A program made the translations under genes and the position numbers. A DNA stretch of 64,000 bases from the IMG/VR virus record IMGVR_UViG_3300042502_001233, positions 248,001-312,000 of that record. One strand, 5' to 3'. This document shows positions 43,654 to 55,296 of this stretch, in pieces. The notes beneath the pieces are model-generated. The model made no database searches, was not told where the DNA came from, and saw only the letters and a list, made by a program, of their open reading frames with translations. Numbering within the stretch: the stretch's first letter is position 1; every line of letters starts with the position of its first letter.

Positions 43654-44118
43654 AAACCATTCTGGTAATTCTCTACCTTTCCATTTGGCTAATTTCCTTT
43701 TCTCTGTTCTATAATATTCTCTGTAGCTATCCACAGCATCACCAACCTTGCATTCGTCTGGCATAGCCAAAGCAAATGGTGTTATATCACTATTGTATTT
43801 CAATTTAGGTTTATGTATTAAACACCATTCAATTACCGCTTGTGACTTATGTCTTTTTTCGTAACGATATGTGTATTCTTTGCACAATTCAAGTCCCAAA
43901 TCACAAAGCCAAATGTAGTTTTCCATACATTCTCTGGCCCATATTGCACTTGGATGATTTTTATGGGATAACTTGTATGGTATATCATACCCAGATTCTA
44001 CTACGTGATGAACGCCACACAACAATTGTGCATATTCAACTATCATCTTGGTACAATGGCGATTTACATGGTATTTTGCACATTTTTTAACATCTAAATC
44101 TAAAACGAATATGTTCAT
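43648..44118 (-). CDS. Pyrimidine-dimer DNA glycosylase / endonuclease V family protein
   Basis: MNIF.LD...CA.YH...H..KM.VE.AQLL...H.NHP...W...EY..RY...H. Confidence 0.8.
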   Translation of the reverse strand: MNIFVLDLDVKKCAKYHVNRHCTKMIVEYAQLLCGVHHVVESGYDIPYKLSHKNHPSAIWARECMENYIWLCDLGLELCKEYTYRYEKRHKSQAVIEWCLIHKPKLKYNSDITPFALAMPDECKVGDAVDSYREYYRTEKRKLAKWKGRELPEWFS

Positions 44119-44168
44119 AATTTTAATTTTTATTATACAAAGATACTATTTTATTTTAAATTACAAAA

Positions 44169-45137
44169 TTAATATCTATATTTTTTAAAAATATTTTCAG
44201 AATTTTTTGTTAATTTCACAATACCAGATGAAATTAATTCAATTATTTTTTGTTTTGTAACATATGGTGATTCTATTTCAGTTATAATTGAATAATTTTC
44301 ACCAAAAATTTCTTTACCTTTTTGTATTTTTATCGGGTTTACACCGTATTCTAACAGACTAGTTGGTTTTATTTCATAAATGAAATCACCATCAGTGAAA
44401 TCTGGGAAATATGTTTTTATTTTATCTTTATAAAAATATTTAACAGCGTATTTTTTTATTTCACAACTAGTAAATATTTTATCACTATTATTAATTAAAA
44501 AAGATAATTCTAGTGAACTTCTAAAATAAAGATTGTTATACCAACCACTAACATGTTTAACATTATTTGATGTTGTTATGTATTTTTCTCTATCTAAATT
44601 TTCAGTATAGAACTTATTTAGAGATTCACTAATTTTATTTTTAGTCTCGTTATTATGTTTTAAAGTGTTATTTTTCCTTTTTGATTCAATAATATTTTTT
44701 TGCCACTCATTCGTTCTTTCAAGTTTAGAACCAGTTAATTTGTCAATAACTTTATTTTTTATTTCATCTACTTTCATTGGGTTATTAACACCATATTTTT
44801 GTAAATTAGAAATTTCCCAATTTTTTTGTTTAATTTTTTGGTTAGTGTTAGAAACCCTTTTATCAACCATATCTTTAGATTGAGTTTTACCTAACCAATA
44901 ATCTCTTTTAATTGTTTTGTTTTTGTTCCTACATTCAATAGAACAATTTTTTAAATAACCAACACCTACATTTCTGTATGTAGTTTCTTTACCACAAACA
45001 CAACATTCACCGTCACCTTTAATTTTTAAATATTTGTCATAGTATTCTCTACCATTTAGATTGTGTTTAAAATTAACATGTGTTGTTAAAGCTTTTAAGT
45101 TTTTGAATTCTTCATTACAAATTTTACAAGTTTCCAT
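44169..45137 (-). CDS. Homing endonuclease (C2H2 finger, NUMOD3-like repeats, TnsA-like PD-(D/E)XK)
   Basis: FRSSLE...YFPDF...YEIKP. Confidence 0.7.
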   Translation of the reverse strand: METCKICNEEFKNLKALTTHVNFKHNLNGREYYDKYLKIKGDGECCVCGKETTYRNVGVGYLKNCSIECRNKNKTIKRDYWLGKTQSKDMVDKRVSNTNQKIKQKNWEISNLQKYGVNNPMKVDEIKNKVIDKLTGSKLERTNEWQKNIIESKRKNNTLKHNNETKNKISESLNKFYTENLDREKYITTSNNVKHVSGWYNNLYFRSSLELSFLINNSDKIFTSCEIKKYAVKYFYKDKIKTYFPDFTDGDFIYEIKPTSLLEYGVNPIKIQKGKEIFGENYSIITEIESPYVTKQKIIELISSGIVKLTKNSENIFKKYRY

Positions 45138-45172
45138 ATCTTTTTATTTATAAATATACGGAACTTTGAAAA

Positions 45173-45259
45173 AGTTTCAAGTATCATCTTAACAACATGT
45201 TTATCATTGTGATATTGTGCACATTTTTTTGTGTTTGTGTCCAGTACAAATATATTCAT
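45173..45259 (-). pseudogene. Stranded 5' end of the glycosylase gene (MNIFVLDTNTKKCAQYHNDKHVVKMILET)
   Basis: Manual translation aligns to the N-terminus of 43648. Confidence 0.85.
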
Positions 45260-45311
45260 ATTGCAAATATATAAGTTATTTTTTTAACCATCAAAATTTT
45301 TATCTTAAAAA

Positions 45312-46472
45312 TTATTTTTCAGGGGTTTCTTCATTAACAACAGCCCAATATACACAACCAATCGATATAATCAATGTCATAATGTAAACAAACCATAATT
45401 GTCCAGAGGTTGGTTCAAATGACAAATAGTTGAAATCTTTGAACGATTTATAATGCCAATGTGAGTTTATAGCCTTCATATATATATTATAAAATGCTTT
45501 ATCATCTTTGACTGGTGCTTCCATTAAATCTTCTCTGATATCTATCAAAACACGTTTATTATCGCACCATGAAAATGGTTTAACCCATTCAATGTTACCC
45601 AAGTTGTCAAGCCCGATGCAAACAACTATTTCATTCTGATTACCACCATCCCAATAAGCTTCTTGTTGGAATGCTGTGCTGATATCTCTGTTCTTAAAGA
45701 ACAAAGTAAAAATTTTAACCTTATATTTACGACCATATGCTCCGTTGATATAATCTAACGTTTTAATAATTTTAAGTCTTGACCTAGAGTTAAAATCTTC
45801 TATACCTATGACACTAGATTGGTAATTATATTGTTGTAATTCAGGATACTCATACAATCCACTAGTCCTTGCTTTATCTTTTTCAATATTTGGATAGTTA
45901 AAGGCCGAATGGTTACTTTTAAGAATATTTGTGAACGATTTGGTATGTGTTGTGGTTATCGATGTATTGATGTCACGATTCCAGATAATACGGTACATAT
46001 CACCATCCTTACCACAAGAACCACGATAATTTATATCACGATTTAACTCAACAAATTTAGGCGTTTCTTTCCAAAGTTTGACCAAAGATAAATATTTGTC
46101 TCGACTTATTGATATTTCATCACCATCTGAGTCAATCATAACATAACGTTCTGAGTTATAGTCACAATAGGAACAGTCATAATAAACCGTGTGTGTTGTT
46201 CTATTTTTTCCAGAACCAGTACTATATGTGCGGCTACATGTTTTCTTTTTCCATGTTTCCCATGCTTCATAGTATCTAGCTTCTGTTACAATATAACCGT
46301 TGTATTCAACGTCTGAAAGGGTTACTGATTTCATAGTGTAATATGAAATCAATATAAACAATGCGCTACCAGCAACTGGGATAAGAATTTCCCACCAAAC
46401 AATTTTGTTTTTAAATAAAACCCACCCTATCACAGCGGCTAGGATGGGGATTATAAGTGCATACCAAATCAT
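45312..46472 (-). CDS. Membrane protein
   Basis: Two N-terminal and one C-terminal hydrophobic helices. Confidence 0.75.
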   Translation of the reverse strand: MIWYALIIPILAAVIGWVLFKNKIVWWEILIPVAGSALFILISYYTMKSVTLSDVEYNGYIVTEARYYEAWETWKKKTCSRTYSTGSGKNRTTHTVYYDCSYCDYNSERYVMIDSDGDEISISRDKYLSLVKLWKETPKFVELNRDINYRGSCGKDGDMYRIIWNRDINTSITTTHTKSFTNILKSNHSAFNYPNIEKDKARTSGLYEYPELQQYNYQSSVIGIEDFNSRSRLKIIKTLDYINGAYGRKYKVKIFTLFFKNRDISTAFQQEAYWDGGNQNEIVVCIGLDNLGNIEWVKPFSWCDNKRVLIDIREDLMEAPVKDDKAFYNIYMKAINSHWHYKSFKDFNYLSFEPTSGQLWFVYIMTLIISIGCVYWAVVNEETPEK

Positions 46473-47605
46473 TAGAGGTCAAGTTTTATAATGTTAAACA
46501 ATTCATTTTCGTTATTATACACTTTATGAGGGTAATCATTAGGTACATAACTATTATCATAACTAAAATATAGTAGTTTTATTTTTTTCATTTCACATTT
46601 TTTTCGTTTATTTTCATCTCTTTTTACAATTTTCTCAAATTCTTTTTCGCCACCAAAAAATTTAATTGGTTTAAAATGTTGACCACCTTGATATTCAATA
46701 GCTATTTTTAATTTAGGAATGAATATATCAAAATGTTGTTTACCAAGCCACTTTGGTGAAAATTTATTTAAAACTTCTAAAGTTTTAAATTCTTTTTTTA
46801 AGTTTTCAAAAAGTTTATTTTCAGAAACAGTACCAAATAAATTACATTTTGGGCAACCACAGCCTTTTAAATGCGTGTTAGGTATTTGTTCAAAATCACC
46901 ATGAATACTACATGTTATTGTTAATTTAGTTTTTGAACCTTTATATATACTTTTACTGTAATCATACCTATCACCATGTATTAATAAAGCGATTTTTTTA
47001 AACTCTTCTGTGTTAGTAGAAACTCTACCGACACATTTAGGACAACCACTACCGTCTAAATGTATAAAAGGGATTTGATTAAAATCACCGTGAATAGGGC
47101 AGTTAATTATGACTGAACTTTTATTGTTTATATAATTAACTTTATCATAATTGTAAAAAAAGTTATGTTTTTTACTAGCTTTTTCTATAAACCTATTATT
47201 TATAATTTTAGTTTCCCTTATTTTTCCAATTTTACATATTGGACACCCTTGACCTTTTAAGTGCATAGCTGGTGTTTGTTCAAACATACCATGGTTATCA
47301 CATATTATTTTAACTTTTGTTTTTGTGTTTACATAATCAACCATCGAATAATCATATTTATCCCCATGTGCTTCATTAAAAGATTTCAAAACGCTATCAA
47401 TATCTTTTTTTTCTTTACCAGCACATTTAGGACAACCACGACCACTTAAATGACTATGAGGCAATTGATAAAATTCACCGTGTATACTACAAATTATAGG
47501 TATTTTAGTTTTTGAGTCGTAATCACTTATGTTTTCATAATTATATTTATCACCATGAACCAATTTACTCTTTTCGATGAACTTTTCTTTTGTTAATTTT
47601 TCCAT
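46472..47605 (-). CDS. Endonuclease with four CxxHG repeats and Vsr/PD-(D/E)XK C-terminus
   Basis: FDIFIPKLKIAIEYQGGQHF. Confidence 0.75.
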   Translation of the reverse strand: MEKLTKEKFIEKSKLVHGDKYNYENISDYDSKTKIPIICSIHGEFYQLPHSHLSGRGCPKCAGKEKKDIDSVLKSFNEAHGDKYDYSMVDYVNTKTKVKIICDNHGMFEQTPAMHLKGQGCPICKIGKIRETKIINNRFIEKASKKHNFFYNYDKVNYINNKSSVIINCPIHGDFNQIPFIHLDGSGCPKCVGRVSTNTEEFKKIALLIHGDRYDYSKSIYKGSKTKLTITCSIHGDFEQIPNTHLKGCGCPKCNLFGTVSENKLFENLKKEFKTLEVLNKFSPKWLGKQHFDIFIPKLKIAIEYQGGQHFKPIKFFGGEKEFEKIVKRDENKRKKCEMKKIKLLYFSYDNSYVPNDYPHKVYNNENELFNIIKLDL

Positions 47606-47639
47606 ATATTCTTTTTAATTATAAATATATGGAAAGTTA

Positions 47640-48206
47640 TTAAAAGACAGAATTTGAATCGTCTTTTCCTGTTCTCATAACTTCTTCGGTTAGAGAAGAT
47701 TTGATTGGCGTGTACTCCAACTTGGTACGTCCGTAGAAGATGTTGTAGAAGGAACCTGGGAATTTCTGAATCAAGTTCTTGTGTTGTCTAACAACATCTT
47801 GCAAAACTTTTTCTTGGTTGAAGAAGCCCTCACGTTGCGCTTCAACCGCTCTTGATAAGTCTTTATACAAAGCGCTTACTTCGGCATAGTTTGCGTTAGG
47901 GTTAGATTCTGTAATCCATTTCATAAACACACCCTCAGCGTCCTTACGACCTTCCATGATAATGTTTATGTTTTTACGGAATGATTCATCGTTCTTCACA
48001 GCAATTTGCGATTTCTGGCTAATCACTTTGAACATCTTGTCGTAGAATGACGTTCTCTCATCAATCTTTTGCTCAAAGGTGTTTCTTAAATCAATCTCGT
48101 TGTTCGAGAATGAAATGAAGTTGCCGATGAAGACTAAGAACATGATTACACCTAATCCGATTAAACCGAATTTAATTAACGTACCGTTACTGAATTTGTT
48201 TTCCAT
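47640..48206 (-). CDS. LemA-like membrane-anchored protein
   Basis: N-terminal TM helix, coiled coil, ...H.NL...FP ending. Confidence 0.55.
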   Translation of the reverse strand: MENKFSNGTLIKFGLIGLGVIMFLVFIGNFISFSNNEIDLRNTFEQKIDERTSFYDKMFKVISQKSQIAVKNDESFRKNINIIMEGRKDAEGVFMKWITESNPNANYAEVSALYKDLSRAVEAQREGFFNQEKVLQDVVRQHKNLIQKFPGSFYNIFYGRTKLEYTPIKSSLTEEVMRTGKDDSNSVF

Positions 48207-48302
48207 TTTGTTTAAATTTTAATGTTTTTAATTTAGATAGCAAATATACGAATAATATTATTAACATACAATTTTTTTATTCGTTATTTTTATTTATTTT
48301 TT

Positions 48303-51300
48303 TTAAATTGTTATTGCAATTCCGTCAACGCTGTTCTCAACTCTACCGTAGACCTCATACTTACCGTTACGTTCAGCTGGGTTTTCGTCAGTAGACTTGG
48401 CAAAGTTCATCAGCAAACGCATTTCAGCTAGTTCACCATAGTCTAAGGATTTAGCGTTCTTGCTGAATCTAACACCGTTGCCAGTGTCAACCATTTTAAG
48501 AACCATTTTGCCTCGATTGTTAGCGTTCCAAAATTCTTCTTGTGAATAGAATAATTTTAATATTCTATGACCTTTATTGTTGTGTGAATCAACGATGTCG
48601 TATTCATGTTGACCGTCTGACAGTACAACATATTTTTTTTGTTCTTTAGCCATTACCATTCAATTTTAACTTCAAATTCTTCTACTATGGGTTCTGTTGT
48701 TATCAAAAACCCTATTCTGTTTACCAATCGCATTCCGCTGATATAATACATATCTGGAACGCATTCATCATCATCTTCATCACAATCTTCACAGTCATCA
48801 TCTGATTCAATTATTGTGATTACGCGATTTTGTTTAGACATTTCGCGAACAAATTCTATTTCTTCACCAAAGGTCTCAAACATTTTACCATCAAACCCAG
48901 CATTGGTATCAATGTGGTTATCAATCAATTCGTATTGTGCATCGAATTCTTCTTCTGTTAGTTTTTTTATTTCTTTTGACATATTTTTTATTTTTTATAT
49001 TCTTTCCAATCTAGCCAAAAACCAATTCCGACTATAATATTCATCCCAACGGAAGCTATTATCTCATATAAATCTTTATAAACGTTTAAAGATAAATGTA
49101 TATGACCAACCATCCAAAAAGGTATTGATAAATTGTTTGAAATCCACCTAACTAGATAAGTTATAAAACTTTTCATTTTTAATAGTCGTCTTCGTAACCA
49201 CAGATTGAACATTCGTGATATGTTTTGTGGCTATCACGTCCTGAATAAATCATTGCGCTAGAACCATCTTCGTGTTTGTGTGTACAAACTGATTGAAACC
49301 CTTCTATGGCTTTGTTGAAACCTTTGATTTGGTGTTTCAACTCATCGTATTGATATTGTAATTTATCAATAGTTTCTTGGGCGCATGTAGGTACTTCTAT
49401 TTTGCTATAAAATTGTTTAAGCGCTTCTAATGGTGTGCTAACATCGTCTAGTCGATTGACCAAATTTTGTTTTTCTTTTTCTAGATTTTTAATACTTTCT
49501 TTCATATTTTTTAATTTAAACAGATTAACGAATCATTTATTTTACAGAAAGATTTGGCTTCGTGATACTTCAACGCATCAATAGAAGTGTATAAGTTGTT
49601 ATAGATATATCTTAATTGAGTATCTATAAACACTAAATCTTGTATTTCTTCTGGTGTGTTGTATTCTTCACACTCCAAGTCTAATCTGACATCTTCTAAC
49701 TCATCAATCAACTCTTGCAACCCTTCTGAAAAGGTTAATAGTTTGATGTAACTGTAGTTAACAAGTTCATCAAAAGTAAACAATCTGGTATTTAACTCAT
49801 CGTTCATACTAGTCTTTCTTTTTATTATCCTTGTCATAGTAATTTTTACTACCAATGTGGATATTTGGGAATCCGTTAACTAAAAATGCGAATGCTAATA
49901 CAATCGCTGGTATTACAAATAGTACGTCCATGGTTATTTCTTTTTAAGAATTTCTTTGAATTGTCGTTCAACAGTAGTTACAACTGATTGAATTTTTCTG
50001 TAATCTTCATCAGTTAATACAGCATCACCAAAATACTCTCTAATCAACTTGTTACTCATATTAACATACAAGTTTTTTAAGTTGTTGGTGCTTAACATGG
50101 CGCGTTGTAATGGTGTGGCTACACCACCTTGAATGGTGATATCTCTTTCGACATTCTCTTTACCATATCTACGAGGAACAGATTTCTCTTTCACAACTTT
50201 TACAACCTTAACAGCTTTTGGTTTAACCTCAACGATTGGCTCAACTACAGCTTCAATAACTGGTTCAACTACAGTTTCAACGATTGGTTCAGGTTGTATA
50301 TCCTCACCAGTATTCAACAATTGATTGTATCTAATAGCGTATTCTTCTTTGGTAGAGATAAGTTCTTCGAAGATACTAGTTATCATTTCTTCGGTTCTTT
50401 CAGGTAACTTACCTTCTTTGGTTAAACGATATAAAACACTAAATGGCAATTTAACATCTTCTGTAAAGATTGCATTCAAGTCTTCTATTTTTTCGATTAA
50501 TCTTAGAGTTGTAAGTCTATCAAACTTCAACTCAGCTATTTTTGTGAAAAATGATTCCATTATTTTGCAGCTTTGGTTTTTAATTCAGTTAAAATTTTAT
50601 TGTGTTGTGAAACTTGGTTACCCAACTTGGCTTTCAAATCTTTAACGTGTTTACCAAGACTGTCACATGTTGTTCTATAAACAACAACCTCTAACTTGTT
50701 GGCTCTGCGTTTGTCCAAGATATCTTTAACTTCATTGATTAAACGGTGTGACTCTGATACGTGACTAGGTTTGGTCCCTTCTACTTTGTGGTACCATACT
50801 GATAGTTCTTTATCTAAATCAGATTGTGTTTGAAAAGCATTTTGTGCTATTTGCTCAATTGTATCGTAATGCTTTACGAAATCTCTTAATTTTTCTAATG
50901 AATCTTTTGACATAACTAATTCGTTTAAATATTAGAGTACAAAGATACGACTATATTTTATATACGCAAATTTTTTTTCACTTTTTTTCAAAAAAAAAAT
51001 CCTAACTCTCGTTAGGACTTGATTTTATTAGTTGTAAGCTTGTGGGTTATCAACAACTTTACCCATTGCAGTTACCTTGCTTAACTTAGGATGCCTTACT
51101 TTACCGTCGGCATCTGGCTTACCAGACATTTCTTTGGTTGTAATTGACCTATCTGATGCGTTGTCAGCGTCACACTTATGGTCACCACACATAGCACCTG
51201 ATGCATCCATTACTTGAGATAGCTTAAGAATTCTATTAGGACCTTGTGTCGCATTTTTAACTTTAGCCGTAAGAGTTTTTACTTTCTTTTTTTCACCAGC

Positions 51301-51923
51301 ATTTAAATCTTCATAATCTTTTTGACTAGAAGGTTTATCCTCGTTATCATCTGGATAGTCATTGGCTGGGTTTTTCTTGTTTAATGGTTTTTTAGTCTCT
51401 TCGCTGTTCTTGCCAGCTTCTAACATATTACCCAATAAACCTTCTCTAACCAATTGTTGTATTAATATCTTGCTCATCGTATTTTATTTTATTATAAATA
51501 TCATGAAACATGATAAAAATCAACTAACTACTGCATTTTTTTACCATAACTTTTACTGGTGATAGCTCTTTTAGGTATCGAATAATCATATTGAGTCGAA
51601 TCAAACACATCATCTGGTGATTCATACAATATCTTATTCATATCTTCAAGACTCAATTCAACATTATAACCAGTGGCTTCATAAATTTTGTAACGGAAAT
51701 CAGTGATTCGGTTGTTGACCTCAATAGCTTTATTTTCTGACCACTTTTCCCATATTGGGAACAAAGTATCTTCATCAATATTAAAAATGCTCATAATCGT
51801 TTGCATCACACTTCTGAGGCCAACTTCTGAACCATCGAAGTTATCCACTAACTTATACGACACCAAAGTTGATAAGGTGAATATATAGTTGTTTTCTAGA
51901 TATTTCGTAATCATTTGTTCCAT
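48303..51923 (-). CDS. Block of ~9 hypothetical genes
   Basis: ORF track. Confidence 0.65.
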
Positions 51924-52801
51924 TACGCAAAGTTTTCGTAGGCAGATTTCATTCTAACACTGTTTTTGAATTTTTTAAGTGTTTTTTCTCTAACTTGACG
52001 AACCATTTCACGTGTTAAGTTAACGTCTTTACCTACTTCTTCAAGTGTTCTAGCTGCATGACCATTTAAACCAAACAAAGATTCCATAATATACTTGTCT
52101 CTCGGTTTAAGAGTTTCAAGAAGCACGTTGATTTCTTCAACAACATCACTATTGTTTAACAAATAGTCTGTTGATTTATCTGTATCATCAGAAATCAAAT
52201 CACCCAATGTTGAACTGTTACCTTCATCATTGTTGATTTCTCTATCCAAAGAGTCCACATTAAATGTAGACAAGGAATCTAAGAATTCAAATTCATCAGT
52301 AGTCATTTCGTTACCGAATGCACTAATAACTTCTTGAATATCGACTCTGTGGTTGTTCTTTTGCTCCAACTCACTAACCAATTTATCCAACTTTGACAAG
52401 TTGTTGATTTTATTGGCTGGAAGTCTAACTATTTTACCGTGTTTAGAAATGTGTTCTAAAATAATTTTTCTAATTGACCATACGGCAAACGATATAAATT
52501 TATAACCCATACTTGGTTGAAACTTCTTCACAGCCAAAATAAGTCCAATGTTACCTTCGTTTACTAAGTCTTCCAATGGAATCTTGTCTGTTGCATATTT
52601 TTTAGCCACAGAAATCACAAAACGTAAGTTTCTTTCAACCAATTCATCAGCAGCAGCTTTGTCACCATTTAAGACTTTTTCAGTCAACTTAGCTTCTTCA
52701 TCAGGTGTTAGCATAGGTATATCATTAACCTCTCTCAAATATTGTTTGAAAGATGCTATATCTCTGTTAGTAAGTTTGGAGGTAATTTTAAATTTTTTCA
52801 T
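51923..52801 (-). CDS. RNA polymerase sigma70-family factor (RpoD/RpoS-like)
   Basis: NLRFVISVAKKY, DLVNEGNIGL, KFISFAVW.IR, region 4 TLEEVG...LTREMVRQ. Confidence 0.92.
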   Translation of the reverse strand: MKKFKITSKLTNRDIASFKQYLREVNDIPMLTPDEEAKLTEKVLNGDKAAADELVERNLRFVISVAKKYATDKIPLEDLVNEGNIGLILAVKKFQPSMGYKFISFAVWSIRKIILEHISKHGKIVRLPANKINNLSKLDKLVSELEQKNNHRVDIQEVISAFGNEMTTDEFEFLDSLSTFNVDSLDREINNDEGNSSTLGDLISDDTDKSTDYLLNNSDVVEEINVLLETLKPRDKYIMESLFGLNGHAARTLEEVGKDVNLTREMVRQVREKTLKKFKNSVRMKSAYENFA

Positions 52802-52856
52802 CGTATATGTTTATTTGGGTGTTACTATTATTATTTGCAAATGTAATACAAAGTTT

Positions 52857-53303
52857 TTAATCATTTAAACTTCTTTGTAAATCTTTTTTCAAGTCTCTAT
52901 CCTTGATTGTTTCTCTCTTGTCGTGTAGGTTCTTACCTCTGGCTAACCCAATTTCTAGTTTGATTAACCCTTCGTTCGTTAATTTGATTGCTAAAGGTAT
53001 GATTGTCAGACCCTTCTCAGAAACCTTTTCTTTCAACTTTAGGATTTCTTTCTTCTTCATTAGAAGTTTTCTATCTCTCAAAGGTTGGTGATTGTTGTAT
53101 TTGCCACCTTCTTTGTGTTCGGCCACGTGCATACCTTTGATGTATATTTCATCATCTTGGATGAAACAATACGCTTCCGATATGGAAGTTTTGCCACCTT
53201 TGATTGATTTAACCTCGGAACCTTTAAGCTGAATACCAGCTGTGTGTTTATCGAGTATGTTGTATTCGAAAAAACCTTTCTTATTGCTTACTATTGTTTT
53301 CAT
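52857..53303 (-). CDS. smpB: SsrA-binding protein SmpB
   Basis: N.K..FEY...AGI.L.GSEVKSI...R.RKLL.KK.EI...GK.LHDKRE. Confidence 0.95.
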   Translation of the reverse strand: MKTIVSNKKGFFEYNILDKHTAGIQLKGSEVKSIKGGKTSISEAYCFIQDDEIYIKGMHVAEHKEGGKYNNHQPLRDRKLLMKKKEILKLKEKVSEKGLTIIPLAIKLTNEGLIKLEIGLARGKNLHDKRETIKDRDLKKDLQRSLND

Positions 53304-53757
53304 TTTTATTTATTAGTTTAGTTGCTAAATAACATAAATCAATCGTTTTGACTTTTACTATAACGTCTTTTCTATTTTCTCTACGATAAAGTTCATACGT
53401 ATCTTTTGATGTACCTATTTCTTTACCTTTGGTTTTATTGGCAATAAATTCTTGTAATATAATTTTGTCAACAATAATCCAATAGTCTTCAGTTTCAAAA
53501 GCAAAAAAATCAGCATCACCATATAACCAAGATAATTTGCCTCTAACATTTTTAAGTTCGACCCAATGAAAATTTTCATTGTAAAATAAATCTGACCTAG
53601 ATTCTTTTTTCAAACTTTTAACATCTATTTTAGCTTCTATTTTCAAATCCCAATGTTCGTACATATCTTCTTCTTTTGTAGAAGGTGTAACATTGGTGAA
53701 TAACGCAGAAAAATCATCTTCTTTTAATTTACCGATTATAAATTCTTTATTATTCAT
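53281..53757 (-). CDS. PD-(D/E)XK-like nuclease
   Basis: EDMYEHWD...IDVK...WVELKNV.G..SWLYG. Confidence 0.5.
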   Translation of the reverse strand: MNNKEFIIGKLKEDDFSALFTNVTPSTKEEDMYEHWDLKIEAKIDVKSLKKESRSDLFYNENFHWVELKNVRGKLSWLYGDADFFAFETEDYWIIVDKIILQEFIANKTKGKEIGTSKDTYELYRRENRKDVIVKVKTIDLCYLATKLINKNENNSKQ

Positions 53758-54001
53758 TTTTCTTCTTTTTAGTTTTCTTTGGCCACATACCTTCACATGG
53801 TTCTTGACACCATCTGGCGGTTCTGGCAACGATTACGTTAATGGTATGGATGTTACAACCATCTTCCAAGTGTTTGGCGTATTCTCTACACGCTGCTCTA
53901 TCCATTTTATGTTTCACTGCAAGATGAACAACCCCGCCACATTTTGAACATGTGGCGGCCATTACTTCGACTTTACTTAAGTCTTCTTCTTGTTCTGCCA
54001 T
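53750..54001 (-). CDS. Small Cys-rich protein
   Basis: ORF track. Confidence 0.55.
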   Translation of the reverse strand: MAEQEEDLSKVEVMAATCSKCGGVVHLAVKHKMDRAACREYAKHLEDGCNIHTINVIVARTARWCQEPCEGMWPKKTKKKKNE

Positions 54002-54697
54002 TTAAACTTTTGCTGCTGATGGTTCCCCATCAATGATTACTAAATATTCACCAGTTGTTCCTATGGTGTCGATACCAATCAAACTATCAGTTATCGTTAG
54101 TTCTTCGATTGTGGTGTGACCCACAACAAATCGATAACCATCTAACTTGTTTTTTAATAGTGATGGTATTCTAACCCATATTGGGGGTTGTGTAACATCA
54201 TTACCACTATTACTAAAGTTATCACCGTAAGTAAACCTAAACGATTCAATGTTTGACATGAACCTTCTGTTTACTGAATCTTCCAACTCGGATAAGTTTA
54301 TGTCATTATTTTCACACCATGTTTTGGTTAACCCAGCGTGTGTGAACACAAAATCTTCATAAACATAACACATCTGTAACAAACCAGTTGATACGGCTGG
54401 TTCCAAGACTTCATTAATATCAATAGCTTTAAACTTCTGATACCCAGAATAAGTTTCTTGAGCTCCTTTAAGATAATGAAAGTCGTGATTACCAATAAGC
54501 AAAATAACCTTATCCACATTTTCTTTTTTAAAATTTAGAATGTCTATAAAGTTCTGTATTTGTTGGTCTACTGAAACATCGTAATGCGTGTCGAAATAAT
54601 CTCCTATAAAGACTATTTTATCAGCATCAGTTTCTTTAGCCACGATATTTTTCCAGTGGATGCGACCATGAGTGTCGCCAAGACATACTATTTTCAT
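54002..54697 (-). CDS. Calcineurin-like metallophosphoesterase
   Basis: GDTHG, GDYFD, GNHD, HAG, GHT. Confidence 0.9.
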   Translation of the reverse strand: MKIVCLGDTHGRIHWKNIVAKETDADKIVFIGDYFDTHYDVSVDQQIQNFIDILNFKKENVDKVILLIGNHDFHYLKGAQETYSGYQKFKAIDINEVLEPAVSTGLLQMCYVYEDFVFTHAGLTKTWCENNDINLSELEDSVNRRFMSNIESFRFTYGDNFSNSGNDVTQPPIWVRIPSLLKNKLDGYRFVVGHTTIEELTITDSLIGIDTIGTTGEYLVIIDGEPSAAKV

Positions 54698-55296
54698 TTT
54701 GTTTTGTTTTGTTTATGTTCTAGTTTTTTGAAATCTAACGTTTTGTATAACATACTATGATGATATGACTCTTTAAAAAAAGATTCGAATTTAACAACTT
54801 CTTTTATTGATGTTAATCTAATTTGTTTTCTTGACTGTTTAAAATTAATATCGAATTTTGTTTTAAAATAATTTATTATTAATTGTATTTCCTCATCATT
54901 AAAATTATCAACAGCTAAAATTAAATGACAAATATTACCGTTATAATAAAGACAACCATCATCCATATACCATACAGCGATAGCCATAGGTTCTAACATT
55001 TCTAAAATTTCTTCTGTGATTACTTTTCTATCGTTATAAAATAATTCTCTATATTTAACATAATCATCAATTATAGAATAGCATGTTATTGAATGATAAA
55101 ATTTATTAGTCCTTTTATCAAATCTTTTTCGTTCATAAATTGAATAATTATTTAAAGAATTTTCAGCTTTCCATATAGCATAGTCTTTTTGAGCTAATGA
55201 ATGTTCCCATCTAACACTATAAGATTTTCGTCTATTACATAGTTTAGGTACTATTGCATCACCTAAAATCGTTCCTAATAAAATTTGTTCTTTCAT
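54694..55296 (-). CDS. LAGLIDADG homing endonuclease
   Basis: LLGTILGDA and IAVWYMDDG motifs. Confidence 0.85.
   Translation of the reverse strand: MKEQILLGTILGDAIVPKLCNRRKSYSVRWEHSLAQKDYAIWKAENSLNNYSIYERKRFDKRTNKFYHSITCYSIIDDYVKYRELFYNDRKVITEEILEMLEPMAIAVWYMDDGCLYYNGNICHLILAVDNFNDEEIQLIINYFKTKFDINFKQSRKQIRLTSIKEVVKFESFFKESYHHSMLYKTLDFKKLEHKQNKTK

Noticed and set aside
54694-55296. LAGLIDADG gene as part of a group I intron or intein
   Set aside because: No room for an intron core, no intein termini, and the downstream gene has its own start
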